From Eggerthellaceae bacterium (lineage in GTDB: Bacteria; Bacillota; Clostridia; Lachnospirales; Lachnospiraceae), in NCBI GenBank assembly GCA_963598855.1, contig CAVBVT010000002.1:12580-76579 (forward strand): a stretch of 64,000 nt of DNA, given 5' to 3'. Shown here piece after piece: positions 20,677 to 31,532 of the stretch. The notes under the pieces were generated by a model. That model did no database searches, was not told where the DNA came from, and saw nothing but the letters and a program-made list of their open reading frames with translations. Position 1 is the first letter of the stretch. Each line of letters starts with the position of its first letter. Made by a program: the position numbers and the translations under genes.

Positions 20677-23600
20677 ATGGCAGAAACAACGAACGCCAAT
20701 GAAACATATCAGCCAATGACTTTCGATGCCATCAAGATTGGACTGGCGTCCCCTGAGAAGATCAGAGAGTGGTCACACGGTGAGGTTTTAAAACCTGAAA
20801 CAATCAACTACAGAACCTTGAAACCTGAGAAGGACGGTCTTTTCTGCGAAAGAATTTTCGGACCGAGCAAGGACTGGGAGTGCCACTGTGGAAAGTATAA
20901 AAAAATTCGCTATAAAGGCGTTGTCTGCGACAGATGTGGTGTTGAAGTAACCAAATCTGCCGTTCGTAGAGAGCGTATGGGACACATCGAGCTTGCAGCT
21001 CCGGTGTCTCATATCTGGTACTTCAAAGGAATTCCGTCCCGTATGGGTCTGATCCTTGACATTTCTCCGAGAACACTGGAGAAAGTGCTTTACTTTGCCA
21101 ACTATATCGTTCTGGATCCTGCTGATTCCGGACTTATGTACAAACAGGTACTCACCGAGCGTGAGTATCAGGAAGCACGTGAGTCTTACGGCGAGGGATT
21201 CCGTGTAGGTATGGGTGCTGAGTCCATCATGGAGCTTCTGCAGGCGATCGATCTTGAGAAAGATTCCGAAGAGCTGAAAGCAGAACTTGTAGATGCAACT
21301 GGCCAGAAACGTGCAAGAATCATCAAACGTCTTGAAGTTGTGGAGTCCTTCCGTGAGTCCGGCAACCGTCCTGAGTGGATGATCATGACCGTTATTCCGG
21401 TTATCCCGCCAGATCTCCGTCCTATGGTACAGCTGGACGGAGGACGTTTTGCAACATCTGACCTGAATGATCTTTACAGAAGGATCATCAACAGAAACAA
21501 CCGTCTGAAAAGACTTCTGGAGCTTGGTGCTCCGGATATCATTGTCCGCAACGAGAAGCGTATGCTGCAGGAGGCTGTAGATGCCCTGATCGATAACGGA
21601 CGCCGCGGACGTCCTGTAACGGGTCCTGGAAACAGAGCTCTGAAATCCCTTTCCGATATGCTGAAAGGTAAATCCGGACGTTTCCGTCAGAACCTTCTTG
21701 GTAAACGAGTTGACTACTCCGGACGTTCTGTAATCGTCGTAGGACCTGAGCTGAAGATCTATCAGTGCGGTCTTCCGAAAGAGATGGCTATCGAGCTGTT
21801 CAAACCATTCGTTATGAAAGAGCTTGTTGCCAACGGAACTTCCCACAACATCAAGAATGCCAAGAAAATGGTAGAGAAACTTGAACCTGCAGTCTGGGAT
21901 GTCCTCGAGGACGTCATTAAGGAGCATCCGGTTATGCTGAACCGTGCACCTACACTGCATCGTCTGGGTATCCAGGCGTTCGAGCCGATCCTTGTAGAAG
22001 GTAAGGCGATCAAGCTTCATCCGCTTGTTTGTACAGCGTTCAACGCTGACTTTGATGGTGACCAGATGGCCGTACATCTTCCGCTTTCTCAGGAAGCGCA
22101 GGCAGAGTGCCGTTTCCTTCTGTTATCACCGAACAACCTTCTGAAACCGTCAGATGGTGGTCCTGTAGCCGTTCCTTCACAGGATATGGTTCTTGGTATC
22201 TACTACCTGACTCAGGAGAGACCTGGAAACAAGGGTGAGGGCAAATTCTTCAAGAGTGTCAACGAGGCAATCCTTGCATACGAGAATAAGGTCATCACAC
22301 TCCAGACCAAGATCATTGTACGCTGCCATAAGACAATGCCGGATGGCACTGTGTTAAGCGGCAATGTTCATTCCACACTTGGACGTTTCCTGTTCAACGA
22401 GATCCTTCCGCAGGATCTTGGATTCGTAGACAGAAGCGTACCTGGAAACGAACTGCTTCTTGAGGTTGATTTCCTTGTAGGTAAGAAACAGCTGAAGCAG
22501 ATCCTTGAAAAGGTTATCAATACTCACGGTGCAACAAGAACAGCTGAGGTACTTGACTCTGTTAAGGCTATGGGTTACAAATACTCCACACGTGCAGCCA
22601 TGACCGTATCCATTTCCGATATGACCGTGCCGCCGCAGAAGCCGGAGATGATCAAGCAGGCTCAGGATACTGTTGACCGTATTACAAAGAACTACAAACG
22701 TGGTCTTATTACAGAGGAAGAGCGTTACAAAGAGGTTGTTGATACCTGGAAGAAGACTGATGATGAGCTTACAAAAGCACTTCTTACCGGTCTTGATAAG
22801 TACAACAACATCTTCATGATGGCTGACTCCGGAGCCCGTGGTTCCGATAAGCAGATCAAACAGCTTGCCGGAATGCGAGGCCTGATGGCTGATACAACCG
22901 GTCATACCATCGAGCTCCCGATCAAGTCAAACTTCCGTGAAGGTCTTGATGTACTGGAGTACTTTATGTCCGCGCATGGTGCCCGTAAAGGTCTTTCCGA
23001 TACCGCTCTTCGTACAGCCGATTCCGGATACCTGACAAGACGACTTGTTGACGTATCCCAGGATCTTATCGTCCGTGAGGCAGACTGCTGTGAGAATAGA
23101 GCAGAAATCTCAGGTATGGAAGTCCGTGAATTCATGGATGGAAAAGAAGAGATCGAGAGCCTTCAGGAGCGTATCACAGGACGTTTCTCCTGTGAGACAG
23201 TTAAGAATAAAGACGGAGAAATCCTTGTTAAAGCGAACCACATGATCACACCGAAGCGTGCTGCCCGTATCATGAAAGAGGGCGTAAGCAACGTGACAGG
23301 CGGAGCGATCGACAGACTGAAGATCCGTACCATCCTTTCCTGTAAGTGCAAGGTTGGTGTCTGCGCGAAATGTTATGGTGCGAACATGGCAACAGGTGAG
23401 CCTGTACAGGTTGGTGAGTCCGTTGGTATCATCGCAGCACAGTCTATCGGTGAGCCAGGTACACAGCTGACTATGCGTACATTCCATACCGGTGGTGTTG
23501 CCGGTGGAGATATCACACAGGGTCTTCCTCGTGTCGAGGAGCTTTTTGAGGCAAGAAAGCCGAAGGGTCTTGCGATCATCACAGAGATCCCAGGTGTTGC

Positions 23601-24375
23601 CACAATCAACGACACTAAGAAGAAACGTGAGATCATCGTAAATGATCCGGAGACAGGTGATTCCAAGACTTACCTGATCCCATACGGTTCCCGTATCAAA
23701 GTCCTTGACGGACAGGTTCTTGAGGCCGGTGACGAGCTGACAGAAGGTAGTGTAAATCCGCATGATATCCTGAGAATCAAGGGTGTCCGTGCAGTTCAGG
23801 ATTACATGATCCGCGAGGTTCAGCGTGTATACCGTCTGCAGGGTGTTGAGATCAATGATAAGCATATCGAGGTTATCGTGCATCAGATGCTGAAGAAGAT
23901 CCGTATCGAGGATAACGGAGATACAGAGTTCCTGCCAGGAACACTTGTTGATGTCCTTGATGTTGAGGAAGCTAACGAGAAGCTTGAGGCAGAGGGTAAA
24001 CAGCCGGCAGAGGGCAAACAGGTTATGCTTGGTATTACAAAAGCATCTCTTGCAACCAACTCCTTCCTGTCAGCAGCATCCTTCCAGGAGACAACAAAAG
24101 TCCTGACAGAGGCTGCTATCAAGGGTAAGGTCGATCCGCTGATCGGTCTGAAAGAGAACGTTATCATTGGTAAGCTGATTCCTGCAGGTACAGGTATGAA
24201 GCGTTACAGTGAGATCAGTCTCGATACAGGAATGCCGGAAGTAAAAACTGCTTCCGAGGAGCCAGAGGATATTGAGGAAATTTCCGTAGAGGAAGATGCG
24301 GCTGAGACTGCTCCGGAAGAAGAGTCCGTTGCTGTTGAAGAGGCAGCAGAGGAAACTGCACCGGTAGAAGAATAA
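20677..24375 (+). CDS. rpoC: DNA-directed RNA polymerase subunit beta'
   Basis: Zinc-binding [16 protein letters not shown] catalytic motif, [15 protein letters not shown]. Confidence 0.99.
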   Translation: MAETTNANETYQPMTFDAIKIGLASPEKIREWSHGEVLKPETINYRTLKPEKDGLFCERIFGPSKDWECHCGKYKKIRYKGVVCDRCGVEVTKSAVRRERMGHIELAAPVSHIWYFKGIPSRMGLILDISPRTLEKVLYFANYIVLDPADSGLMYKQVLTEREYQEARESYGEGFRVGMGAESIMELLQAIDLEKDSEELKAELVDATGQKRARIIKRLEVVESFRESGNRPEWMIMTVIPVIPPDLRPMVQLDGGRFATSDLNDLYRRIINRNNRLKRLLELGAPDIIVRNEKRMLQEAVDALIDNGRRGRPVTGPGNRALKSLSDMLKGKSGRFRQNLLGKRVDYSGRSVIVVGPELKIYQCGLPKEMAIELFKPFVMKELVANGTSHNIKNAKKMVEKLEPAVWDVLEDVIKEHPVMLNRAPTLHRLGIQAFEPILVEGKAIKLHPLVCTAFNADFDGDQMAVHLPLSQEAQAECRFLLLSPNNLLKPSDGGPVAVPSQDMVLGIYYLTQERPGNKGEGKFFKSVNEAILAYENKVITLQTKIIVRCHKTMPDGTVLSGNVHSTLGRFLFNEILPQDLGFVDRSVPGNELLLEVDFLVGKKQLKQILEKVINTHGATRTAEVLDSVKAMGYKYSTRAAMTVSISDMTVPPQKPEMIKQAQDTVDRITKNYKRGLITEEERYKEVVDTWKKTDDELTKALLTGLDKYNNIFMMADSGARGSDKQIKQLAGMRGLMADTTGHTIELPIKSNFREGLDVLEYFMSAHGARKGLSDTALRTADSGYLTRRLVDVSQDLIVREADCCENRAEISGMEVREFMDGKEEIESLQERITGRFSCETVKNKDGEILVKANHMITPKRAARIMKEGVSNVTGGAIDRLKIRTILSCKCKVGVCAKCYGANMATGEPVQVGESVGIIAAQSIGEPGTQLTMRTFHTGGVAGGDITQGLPRVEELFEARKPKGLAIITEIPGVATINDTKKKREIIVNDPETGDSKTYLIPYGSRIKVLDGQVLEAGDELTEGSVNPHDILRIKGVRAVQDYMIREVQRVYRLQGVEINDKHIEVIVHQMLKKIRIEDNGDTEFLPGTLVDVLDVEEANEKLEAEGKQPAEGKQVMLGITKASLATNSFLSAASFQETTKVLTEAAIKGKVDPLIGLKENVIIGKLIPAGTGMKRYSEISLDTGMPEVKTASEEPEDIEEISVEEDAAETAPEEESVAVEEAAEETAPVEE

Positions 24376-24401
24376 GTCGAATACCTTGCTAATATAAATA
24401 T

Positions 24402-24432
24402 AATCTCCCCCCGGAATTCCGGAGGGAGATTT
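24402..24432 (+). terminator. Terminator hairpin after rpoC
   Basis: AATCTCCCCCCGGAATTCCGGAGGGAGATT hairpin, short T tail. Confidence 0.65.
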
Positions 24433-24477
24433 CTGTATATAGGGAGCATTCAACATTCTGAGAGAGGAGGGATTGCG

Positions 24478-26586
24478 ATGGACAAGGAACTGCCAATTTC
24501 CCCGTGGCCTGAATGGAAGATCATAAGCAAGATCGGGGAAGGATCTTTTGGAAGAGTATACAAAGCTCAGAGAACAGAGAAGGGACGTTCTTTTTACTCG
24601 GCAATTAAGATAATCACAATCCCCGCCAGTAAAGGGGAACTGGACAGTGTGCGCTCAGAATCCGGAGATGAGAAATCCGTCCGGGATTATTTCGAAAATC
24701 TGGTGGAAGAGTGCATTCAGGAAGTAAGTACCATGGAGTATTTCAGAGGGAATTCCCACATTGTATCCGTTGAAGATTACAAGGTGATGGAATACCTGGA
24801 TGAGATCGGGTGGGATATTTTTATCCGCATGGAACATCTCACAAGCTTCATGGAATATTATGCGGGAAAAAATCTCACAGAAAAAGAAGTGATGAAGCTT
24901 GGCATAGACCTTTGCAAAGCACTGGAATACTGCGGACAGCTTCACATTATCCACAGAGATATCAAACCTGAGAATATTTTTGTATCCAGGTTCGGGGATT
25001 TCAAACTGGGTGACTTTGGAATTGCCCGTGAACTGGAAAAAACAATGAGTACCCTTTCCAAGAAAGGTACTTATTCTTATATGGCACCGGAGATGTACAG
25101 GGGAGAAAAGTACGATAACAGAGTGGACATCTACGCACTTGGACTGGTGCTCTATAAGCTGATGAACCATAACAGACTGCCGTTTCTCAATCTGGAGAAA
25201 CAGCTGATCACATACCGGGATAAGGAGAACGCCCTGACCAGAAGAATGTCCGGGGAAAAACCGCCGGCACCTGCAGAGGCGGGAGAAGCCTTTGGCGAGG
25301 TCATCCTGAAGGCCTGTGCCTATGATTCAGAAGAACGTTATCAGACGCCTGGGGAGTTCCGGGAAGCATTGGAAGCAATCCAGTATGGAACAAGAGTACA
25401 GAAGCAATCTGGAAAAACAGCGAAGCCGGTTCAGAAAGAAGCGGAAGAACGATACGTTCCTGAATCAATGCCAAAGTTCCTTCAGGAGGGAGCGGTAAAT
25501 CAGCTGGCAAGGACAAGCCAGATAAATACAGAAGCTGTCTGTGAGGCCAGGCGAAATTATGTACAGAAATCCAAAGCAGCCAGGACTGGTCAGTATAGCC
25601 AGCAGGATAATCCATCAGTAGGAATGTCAGGCCACAACAGGGTTTATAATACTGCACAGGATTCTGAACGGAAGCAGATTAATGGATCAGGACAAAATGC
25701 GGCCCAGGGATCGGCACAGACTACAGCGCGGAGTTCAGTGCAGAATGGGGCTGCGGGCTCAGCACAGACTACAGCCCGGAATTCGTCCCGGAGTTCATCT
25801 GCAAATTCACAGAAACCTGTTTCCGGAAGGACAACGCCGGGAAATGAAAGCAGATTTGTTTCACAGCCAAAACGTCAGGGACAGCAGAAGTCCGGCATAA
25901 GACGAACAGGAGCTGTGCAGCCAAAAGTTACTACAATAGAAGAGTTGGAAAATAGTCGAGACCAGGATCTGCGAGAATGGAAAGATCCGGTGTCTGACAG
26001 AATTGAAAATAAACCAGAGAGAAAGAATCGGAAAGGTTTTTTCAGGATGATCATAACTGCAGTTGTGGTTATAACATTGATCGGCGGAATCCTTGTGGCA
26101 CGAAATGTTCTGGAAACTGCAGATGGCAGAAACCAGGCTTCTGCGGAGGCTGATGATTCTGATGCACTGAATAGTGGAAATTTTGGAACAACAGACAGTA
26201 CTGACAAGAGTTTTACCCAGGCAATGGAAACCATACGCGAGCATGCAACAACCATAGAAGAGGCTCTGGACAGTTATAATCGCGAAGGCACAGAGGGGGA
26301 ACGCCTGCGCTTCTATAATCCGTCAGGAGAGATTGCCAAAGTGCTTGTTTACCCGGATCAGTCCTCAGATGGTGTTTATGAGGAATATTTTTACTGGGGA
26401 GAGCAGATGTTTTATACTTATGTATGGAACGGTGATGAGAAACAGTATTTCTATTATCAGGACGGTCTTCTGATACGTTGGATCGATAAAGATGGAAAAG
26501 TCCACGATAAAGAAAGTGACAATGACAAATATGTAGAACTGGGAGACAAATACTGGAGCAATTCCGTTGTGGAGCTGCAGCAGTAA
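24478..26586 (+). CDS. Hanks-type Ser/Thr protein kinase with low-complexity linker, one TM helix and an unassigned extracellular domain
   Basis: IGEGSFGRVY, AIK, HRDIKPENI, DFG, YMAPE, DIYALG; TM IITAVVVITLIGGILVA; no PASTA repeats recognised. Confidence 0.93.
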   Translation: MDKELPISPWPEWKIISKIGEGSFGRVYKAQRTEKGRSFYSAIKIITIPASKGELDSVRSESGDEKSVRDYFENLVEECIQEVSTMEYFRGNSHIVSVEDYKVMEYLDEIGWDIFIRMEHLTSFMEYYAGKNLTEKEVMKLGIDLCKALEYCGQLHIIHRDIKPENIFVSRFGDFKLGDFGIARELEKTMSTLSKKGTYSYMAPEMYRGEKYDNRVDIYALGLVLYKLMNHNRLPFLNLEKQLITYRDKENALTRRMSGEKPPAPAEAGEAFGEVILKACAYDSEERYQTPGEFREALEAIQYGTRVQKQSGKTAKPVQKEAEERYVPESMPKFLQEGAVNQLARTSQINTEAVCEARRNYVQKSKAARTGQYSQQDNPSVGMSGHNRVYNTAQDSERKQINGSGQNAAQGSAQTTARSSVQNGAAGSAQTTARNSSRSSSANSQKPVSGRTTPGNESRFVSQPKRQGQQKSGIRRTGAVQPKVTTIEELENSRDQDLREWKDPVSDRIENKPERKNRKGFFRMIITAVVVITLIGGILVARNVLETADGRNQASAEADDSDALNSGNFGTTDSTDKSFTQAMETIREHATTIEEALDSYNREGTEGERLRFYNPSGEIAKVLVYPDQSSDGVYEEYFYWGEQMFYTYVWNGDEKQYFYYQDGLLIRWIDKDGKVHDKESDNDKYVELGDKYWSNSVVELQQ

Positions 26587-26618
26587 TTGTTGAAAGGGTT
26601 TTTACGAAAGGAAAAAGA

Positions 26619-27434
26619 ATGGCCTATCAGATTGATTATGCGTATACATGCCACACCGGGAAGATGAGGGCTAATAATGAGGATAATTTCTGGTGCTGCG
26701 GTGTGCGTCTGCCGGTGCACAACCAGGGAGTTGATGGCATCCTGGCAGGTCATACACAGCACTGGCAGCTTCCTGTGCTTGCTGTTTTTGACGGTATGGG
26801 AGGAGAGAGCTGCGGCGAGATGGCAGCCTCTGCAGCCGTGGAAGCACTGGGCGGATTTTATGAGGAGAACCGAAAGAGTCTCCGAAGGGAACCTGTGGAT
26901 TTTCTCACAGGGGCCTGCGAAAATATGAATGAAGCTGTATGTCGCTACAGCAGGGATAATCGCATCAACAGTATGGGAACCACAATGGCACTTTTGTCTT
27001 TCAGTGAAAAGGCAATCTATGCCTGCAACCTGGGTGACAGTCGTATTTATCGCCATTTTCAGGGAAAACTCCAGCAGATTTCCACAGATCATGTGATCGG
27101 CGGGAAGATGCTGGGAAAAGCACCTCTCACACAATACCTGGGATTCCAGGAAGAGAATGTGGCACTGGAGCCGTCCATTGTGGAGATCGGTTATCAGGAT
27201 GGAAGCAGCTATCTCATCTGTTCAGATGGAGTGACAGATATGCTTTCTGATGAGGAGATCCAGGCAGTTCTGGCTAAAAATTCCACGGCAGAAGCGAAAG
27301 TGGAAGAACTTCTTGGAGCAGCTCTGGAAAAAGGTGGTCGGGATAATGTGACAATGGTTCTGGCTCAGATCAGCGGCTACGAAGAAAAAAATCCTCTCAA
27401 AAGATGGGCAGAGCGGCATAGCACCGGGCGGTAA
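26619..27434 (+). CDS. PP2C-family Ser/Thr protein phosphatase
   Basis: R.NNED, VFDGMGG, MGTT, NLGDSRIY, CSDGVTD, GGRDNVT. Confidence 0.94.
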   Translation: MAYQIDYAYTCHTGKMRANNEDNFWCCGVRLPVHNQGVDGILAGHTQHWQLPVLAVFDGMGGESCGEMAASAAVEALGGFYEENRKSLRREPVDFLTGACENMNEAVCRYSRDNRINSMGTTMALLSFSEKAIYACNLGDSRIYRHFQGKLQQISTDHVIGGKMLGKAPLTQYLGFQEENVALEPSIVEIGYQDGSSYLICSDGVTDMLSDEEIQAVLAKNSTAEAKVEELLGAALEKGGRDNVTMVLAQISGYEEKNPLKRWAERHSTGR

Positions 27435-27492
27435 AAGTTACCGGCCAGGAAGTTCTGCCGGGGAGTAATAAAAGGGATAAGGAGAATCTACG

Positions 27493-28719
27493 ATGAGAAA
27501 TCGAATGCAGGATCTTGATTTTGAACAGACAGTTGCCTTCGATTCTGTGAAGGACTTTGAGTTTACAAGAAAGGCGGCGCAGAAATTCCGCCAGGTTGTC
27601 AGTCTGGATTCCTTTGAGGATGAGGATGCTGACGTTATTTTTCATTATCTTTACAAAGAAATGGAGCTTGTATCTTTCGGTGATTATCTGAAGAGATATG
27701 TTTATGAGAGGGCAGAACTTGAGGAGCCTTTTTCCCAGGTGCCCCAGGAGGTCTATAAGGAGATCGTGGTGGAATCTTTCAAGGAAACTTACACACCGAA
27801 ATCCATGTCCCCCACATCAGCCAAATTAAGTTCACTGGTGAATAACTGGCTGACACAGGCTTCTGTGAAACGTGAGACTGTTTTTCTGCTGGGATTCGGT
27901 CTTCGTATGAGTACAGAGGATGTGTCTGACTTCCTCACAAGAGTACTCCGTGAGCAGGATTTTGATTTCCATAATCCGGAGGAAGTGATCTACTGGTACT
28001 GTTATCAAAATCATCTGGGCTATTATAAAGCAGAGGAATACAGAGAAACCTACAAGAACCTTGCCCCTGTGGAAAAAAAGACAGGTGAAGTTGTTTACGG
28101 TACAGGTCTTTGCCTGGATAGCGAGGAAAAACTTCTGGAATATCTGGCATTTTTAAAAAGCAGATGTGATGATCCGAAATCAGAAAAGAGCCAGGCGTTC
28201 CAGGAATTCATGGTTCTTCTGGAGCGGGCAAAGAAGATCATTGCTGCTATGTACCAGAAGGACGAAGAGGAGAATGGCGGTAAAAAGATCTGGAAGCCTG
28301 AGAATATCAATGCTTCTGATCTTGAGAAAGTTATCTGCAGCGGAATCCCGATCAACAAGATGGGCAATCTTAAGAAGATGTCAGCGTCTATTCTGGCAAA
28401 ACATTTCAGCCAGAAGCGTTTCAGCCGCCAGAGGATCAACAATATCCTGAATCATAAATTTCCGGTAGAACGTTTTGATCTGATCACTCTGGAGTTTTTT
28501 GTGATCTCACAGGAAATGGAAGATGATGATCCATATACTAGATACCGTCAGTTCCTTGAGGAGATCCAAGAGATCCTGGCCCGCTGTGGAATGGGCGAAA
28601 TTTACATAGTAAATCCATATGAATGTTTTATTCTCATGTGTCTGCTTACGGACTGCCCGCTGGCAGTATTCTCTGAAATCTGGGAGATGTCCTACGAAGA
28701 AGGGGAAGAGAAGAATTAA
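27493..28719 (+). CDS. Hypothetical protein with two internally related XRE-like helical modules (putative DNA-binding)
   Basis: 408-aa ORF with AAGGAG RBS; VNNWL...KRETVFLLGFGL...NPEEVIYWYC and INNIL...VERFDLITL...NPYECFILMC. Confidence 0.75.
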   Translation: MRNRMQDLDFEQTVAFDSVKDFEFTRKAAQKFRQVVSLDSFEDEDADVIFHYLYKEMELVSFGDYLKRYVYERAELEEPFSQVPQEVYKEIVVESFKETYTPKSMSPTSAKLSSLVNNWLTQASVKRETVFLLGFGLRMSTEDVSDFLTRVLREQDFDFHNPEEVIYWYCYQNHLGYYKAEEYRETYKNLAPVEKKTGEVVYGTGLCLDSEEKLLEYLAFLKSRCDDPKSEKSQAFQEFMVLLERAKKIIAAMYQKDEEENGGKKIWKPENINASDLEKVICSGIPINKMGNLKKMSASILAKHFSQKRFSRQRINNILNHKFPVERFDLITLEFFVISQEMEDDDPYTRYRQFLEEIQEILARCGMGEIYIVNPYECFILMCLLTDCPLAVFSEIWEMSYEEGEEKN

Positions 28720-28758
28720 AAAAAGGATGATGCGTTGTGTGGCGCATCATCCTTTTTT
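28719..28758. terminator. Bidirectional terminator
   Basis: AAAAAAGGATGATGCG / CGCATCATCCTTTTTT. Confidence 0.85.
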
Positions 28759-28766
28759 GGTATAAA

Positions 28767-31499
28767 TTATTTTGCTTTTCCGGTTTTTACTGCACTTGCG
28801 GGGCCGGTTTTGACCTTTTTGTTTACTGTGCGGTAAGGTACTATTTTATAACGGTAGGTAACGTTTTTTGAAGTTTTGATAGTGTAGCTGGTGCTTTTGG
28901 ATGAAACGGTTTTTATTTTTTTGAATGAACCGCTGCCTTTTTTCTGGTAGATGATATAGCCGTTTGCTCCAGAAACTTTTTTCCAGGAAAGTGTTTGTTT
29001 TCCGTGGGAAGTTTTGAGCGTAAGTGTTGGACGGCTGAGATTAGGCTGGACGGTTGCTGTTTTTCCATATGCACTGTAAATGTAGCCGGATGAAGCCTTG
29101 CGGCTGGCCCGAACCATATAGGAATATTTATTTCCGATGGAAATCTTTGTGTCCTTGTATGAGGTTGTGCCGGCCTTTAATGTTTTTAGTTTTGTATATT
29201 TTCCAGAGTTCGTCTTTTTGTAAAGAATGTAGTTTTGGGCATTCTTTACCTGATTCCAGCGAAGCGTGCAGCTATTCCAGGTTACAGAAACCTTTACTGT
29301 CGGTTTGGATAATTTCGGAGCAGCGGTAGGTTTCGGGGTAGCAGTCGGCTTCGGAGTAGCAGTCGGCTTCGGAGTAGCAGTCGGCTTCGGAGTAGCGGTA
29401 GGTTTCGGGGTGGCGGTAGGTTTCGGAGTGGCGGTAGGTTTCGGGGTGGCGGTAGGTTTCGGGGTGGCGGTAGGTTTCGGAGTGGCAGTCGGCTTTGGAG
29501 TAGCAGTCGGAGCCGGATTTACAATTTTAAATGAAATTGTTTTGCTTGAAAAATAATTATTTATTCCAGTGACAGTTACGGAAGCAGTACCAACTTTTGA
29601 ATTATTTTTCCATGAAAGCTTATAATCAGTACCTTCCCGAAGTGTGGTGGAACCATATTTTATAACAGGTTTCGGTGTAAGAGCTTTCCCCTTGTAAGTC
29701 TGATCTGCAATGTTGGAAAAATTACACAGTTTCAAAGAGTTAAGCTGCCGCTGTCCGGAATAATTCTGAGTATAGGAAAGAGTAAACTGCAGAATCTCAT
29801 TGTCATAAGAATAACTAGCTGAGGTAATCTGATAACAATCAGAGGACACTTTATTTCCCTTGTAAGTAATGTTCAGGTTATTCTGGAAAAAGTAGTACAG
29901 ACTTTCGTTTCCAAGGTTTGTTTTGGAAAGCTGAATAGTTTCTCCGGAAATTTTAAGTGGATTGATATTAAAATATTTGGAAAAACCACCTCTGTAAATT
30001 CCAATACCGGTTATATTTACACGAGGTCTGTTATATCTGGAGTTTGCATTAAAATTGTCCGAGTAGGAAAGCGTATAGTCAACATCTTTCTTTAAGGTAA
30101 CACCATTTAAAGTAAGAGTTGGTTCCGGTTTGAATTCTTTTCCAGGAGCATATACATAATCAGGAATATCGCTGACTTCTGCATTGCTGATAGGTGTTGT
30201 GTCAATATAGAAGCCTTTATTCCTTTCGCCGGAGAAATTTCCCTTGCCGGAAACTGTAACGTAAGCGTTTCCCTGCTGGTCATTTTCATGCCAGGAAAGA
30301 GTATAATCCTGACCTTCCTTCAGAGTTGTACCATTCCAGGTAACAGTTGGTTTTGGAGTCAGTGGTTTTCCTGTGTAGATATAGGATGACTGTGGAAAAG
30401 TAATTTCTGTATCAGAAATACTGATCTGTCTTATAAAAAAATTCTTTGCCAGTGTTCCGGAATAGAGTCCAAGACCTGTAATTGTGAAACTTCCTAATCC
30501 CGAATTTGTATTATTGGAAAAAGAAAGGGTGTAATCTTTTCCTTCGGTCAGTGTCTGTCCGTGAAATTTAAGTACAGGGGAAAATGTTATCGGCTTTCCT
30601 GCATAGTACCAGTTGCCTGTGTAAGAAAGGGAAGTCTCAGCAGAATCTTCCAGATCATAGTAGGCATTGACATCCGCAGTCAGTGTCTTCTCCGGACAGG
30701 ATTTCAAGGTTGCGGCAACAGTGGTGGTTCCGGCCTTTTTTATCTGGATGACGCCGTTCTGGTTTACAGCAGCGACAGAAGGATCACCAGTTGACCATGT
30801 AAAAGCAGTTGGATCAAGGCTGGAACTTACATAGCTAAAACCAACGCATGTTGCATAAATAGTAACTGCCTGCTGTTCTTCTGTAAATTTTATAGGGGAA
30901 GATACATTAAAACGGATTTTTATCAGATCTGGAAGTACAGAAATGACAGGAGATACATTACGGTTGGATGGCTGTGCGCAGGTTTCTGCTGCATGAGAAG
31001 AAAAGCACTGGATCCAGTAAAGATGGCCATTCTGTGAATAGCATCCGATTCCGGCAGAAACATTCTGGGAATTCATAATGTTGGCATAATGTCCGGAAGA
31101 GTTGATCCATGAATCCATAACGTTGTCAGGTGTAGCCTGGTTAATGGCAAGATTTTCACTTACACCAGCGAAATAAGGAAATGCGGAAAAACAACTGTAT
31201 CCATTAGGACGGGTATGACTGGCGTAAACAGTCAGTTCTTCAGCTCTTGTCATGGCACATTCCAGAAGATTTTTATCCATGGTAACAGGGGACAGATTTT
31301 TTTCTGCACGTGTTTTATTAACCAGATCAAGAACCTGATAAGCGTAATCATAACGACGGATTCCTTCAGAAAGTTTCAATTCTACAGGATCCTGGCCGGA
31401 TGCTGCGTGGACATTGGTAATATGTCCTGGAATCAGCAGAAAAAGCAGAAGTAATAATGCCGGCCAAAATAAGTGTTTTTCTTTTCTCTTTTGTTTCAT
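28767..31499 (-). CDS. Secreted surface protein: CAP/SCP domain, Ig-like and MBG-type repeats, PTATPK linker, C-terminal FN3-like domains
   Basis: Signal peptide ending VHA; VLDLVNKTR..SHTRP..ENLA..WINSSGHYANIM CAP motif; repeated EGxDYxLSxxNN; Lys-rich C-terminus. Confidence 0.85.
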   Translation of the reverse strand: MKQKRKEKHLFWPALLLLLFLLIPGHITNVHAASGQDPVELKLSEGIRRYDYAYQVLDLVNKTRAEKNLSPVTMDKNLLECAMTRAEELTVYASHTRPNGYSCFSAFPYFAGVSENLAINQATPDNVMDSWINSSGHYANIMNSQNVSAGIGCYSQNGHLYWIQCFSSHAAETCAQPSNRNVSPVISVLPDLIKIRFNVSSPIKFTEEQQAVTIYATCVGFSYVSSSLDPTAFTWSTGDPSVAAVNQNGVIQIKKAGTTTVAATLKSCPEKTLTADVNAYYDLEDSAETSLSYTGNWYYAGKPITFSPVLKFHGQTLTEGKDYTLSFSNNTNSGLGSFTITGLGLYSGTLAKNFFIRQISISDTEITFPQSSYIYTGKPLTPKPTVTWNGTTLKEGQDYTLSWHENDQQGNAYVTVSGKGNFSGERNKGFYIDTTPISNAEVSDIPDYVYAPGKEFKPEPTLTLNGVTLKKDVDYTLSYSDNFNANSRYNRPRVNITGIGIYRGGFSKYFNINPLKISGETIQLSKTNLGNESLYYFFQNNLNITYKGNKVSSDCYQITSASYSYDNEILQFTLSYTQNYSGQRQLNSLKLCNFSNIADQTYKGKALTPKPVIKYGSTTLREGTDYKLSWKNNSKVGTASVTVTGINNYFSSKTISFKIVNPAPTATPKPTATPKPTATPKPTATPKPTATPKPTATPKPTATPKPTATPKPTATPKPTATPKPTAAPKLSKPTVKVSVTWNSCTLRWNQVKNAQNYILYKKTNSGKYTKLKTLKAGTTSYKDTKISIGNKYSYMVRASRKASSGYIYSAYGKTATVQPNLSRPTLTLKTSHGKQTLSWKKVSGANGYIIYQKKGSGSFKKIKTVSSKSTSYTIKTSKNVTYRYKIVPYRTVNKKVKTGPASAVKTGKAK
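29313..29510 (-). repeat. In-frame 18-bp tandem repeat, 11 units (PTATPK x10, PTAAPK x1)
   Basis: Directly visible YTTCGGRGTRGCRGTMGG-type units. Confidence 0.95.
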
Positions 31500-31532
31500 A
31501 ATTTTTTCCTTCCCGATAGAAAAATGCAGCTT

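Noticed and set aside
29313..29510. Tandem repeat as a possible CRISPR array
   Set aside because: Contiguous 18-bp in-frame coding units with no spacers and no cas genes
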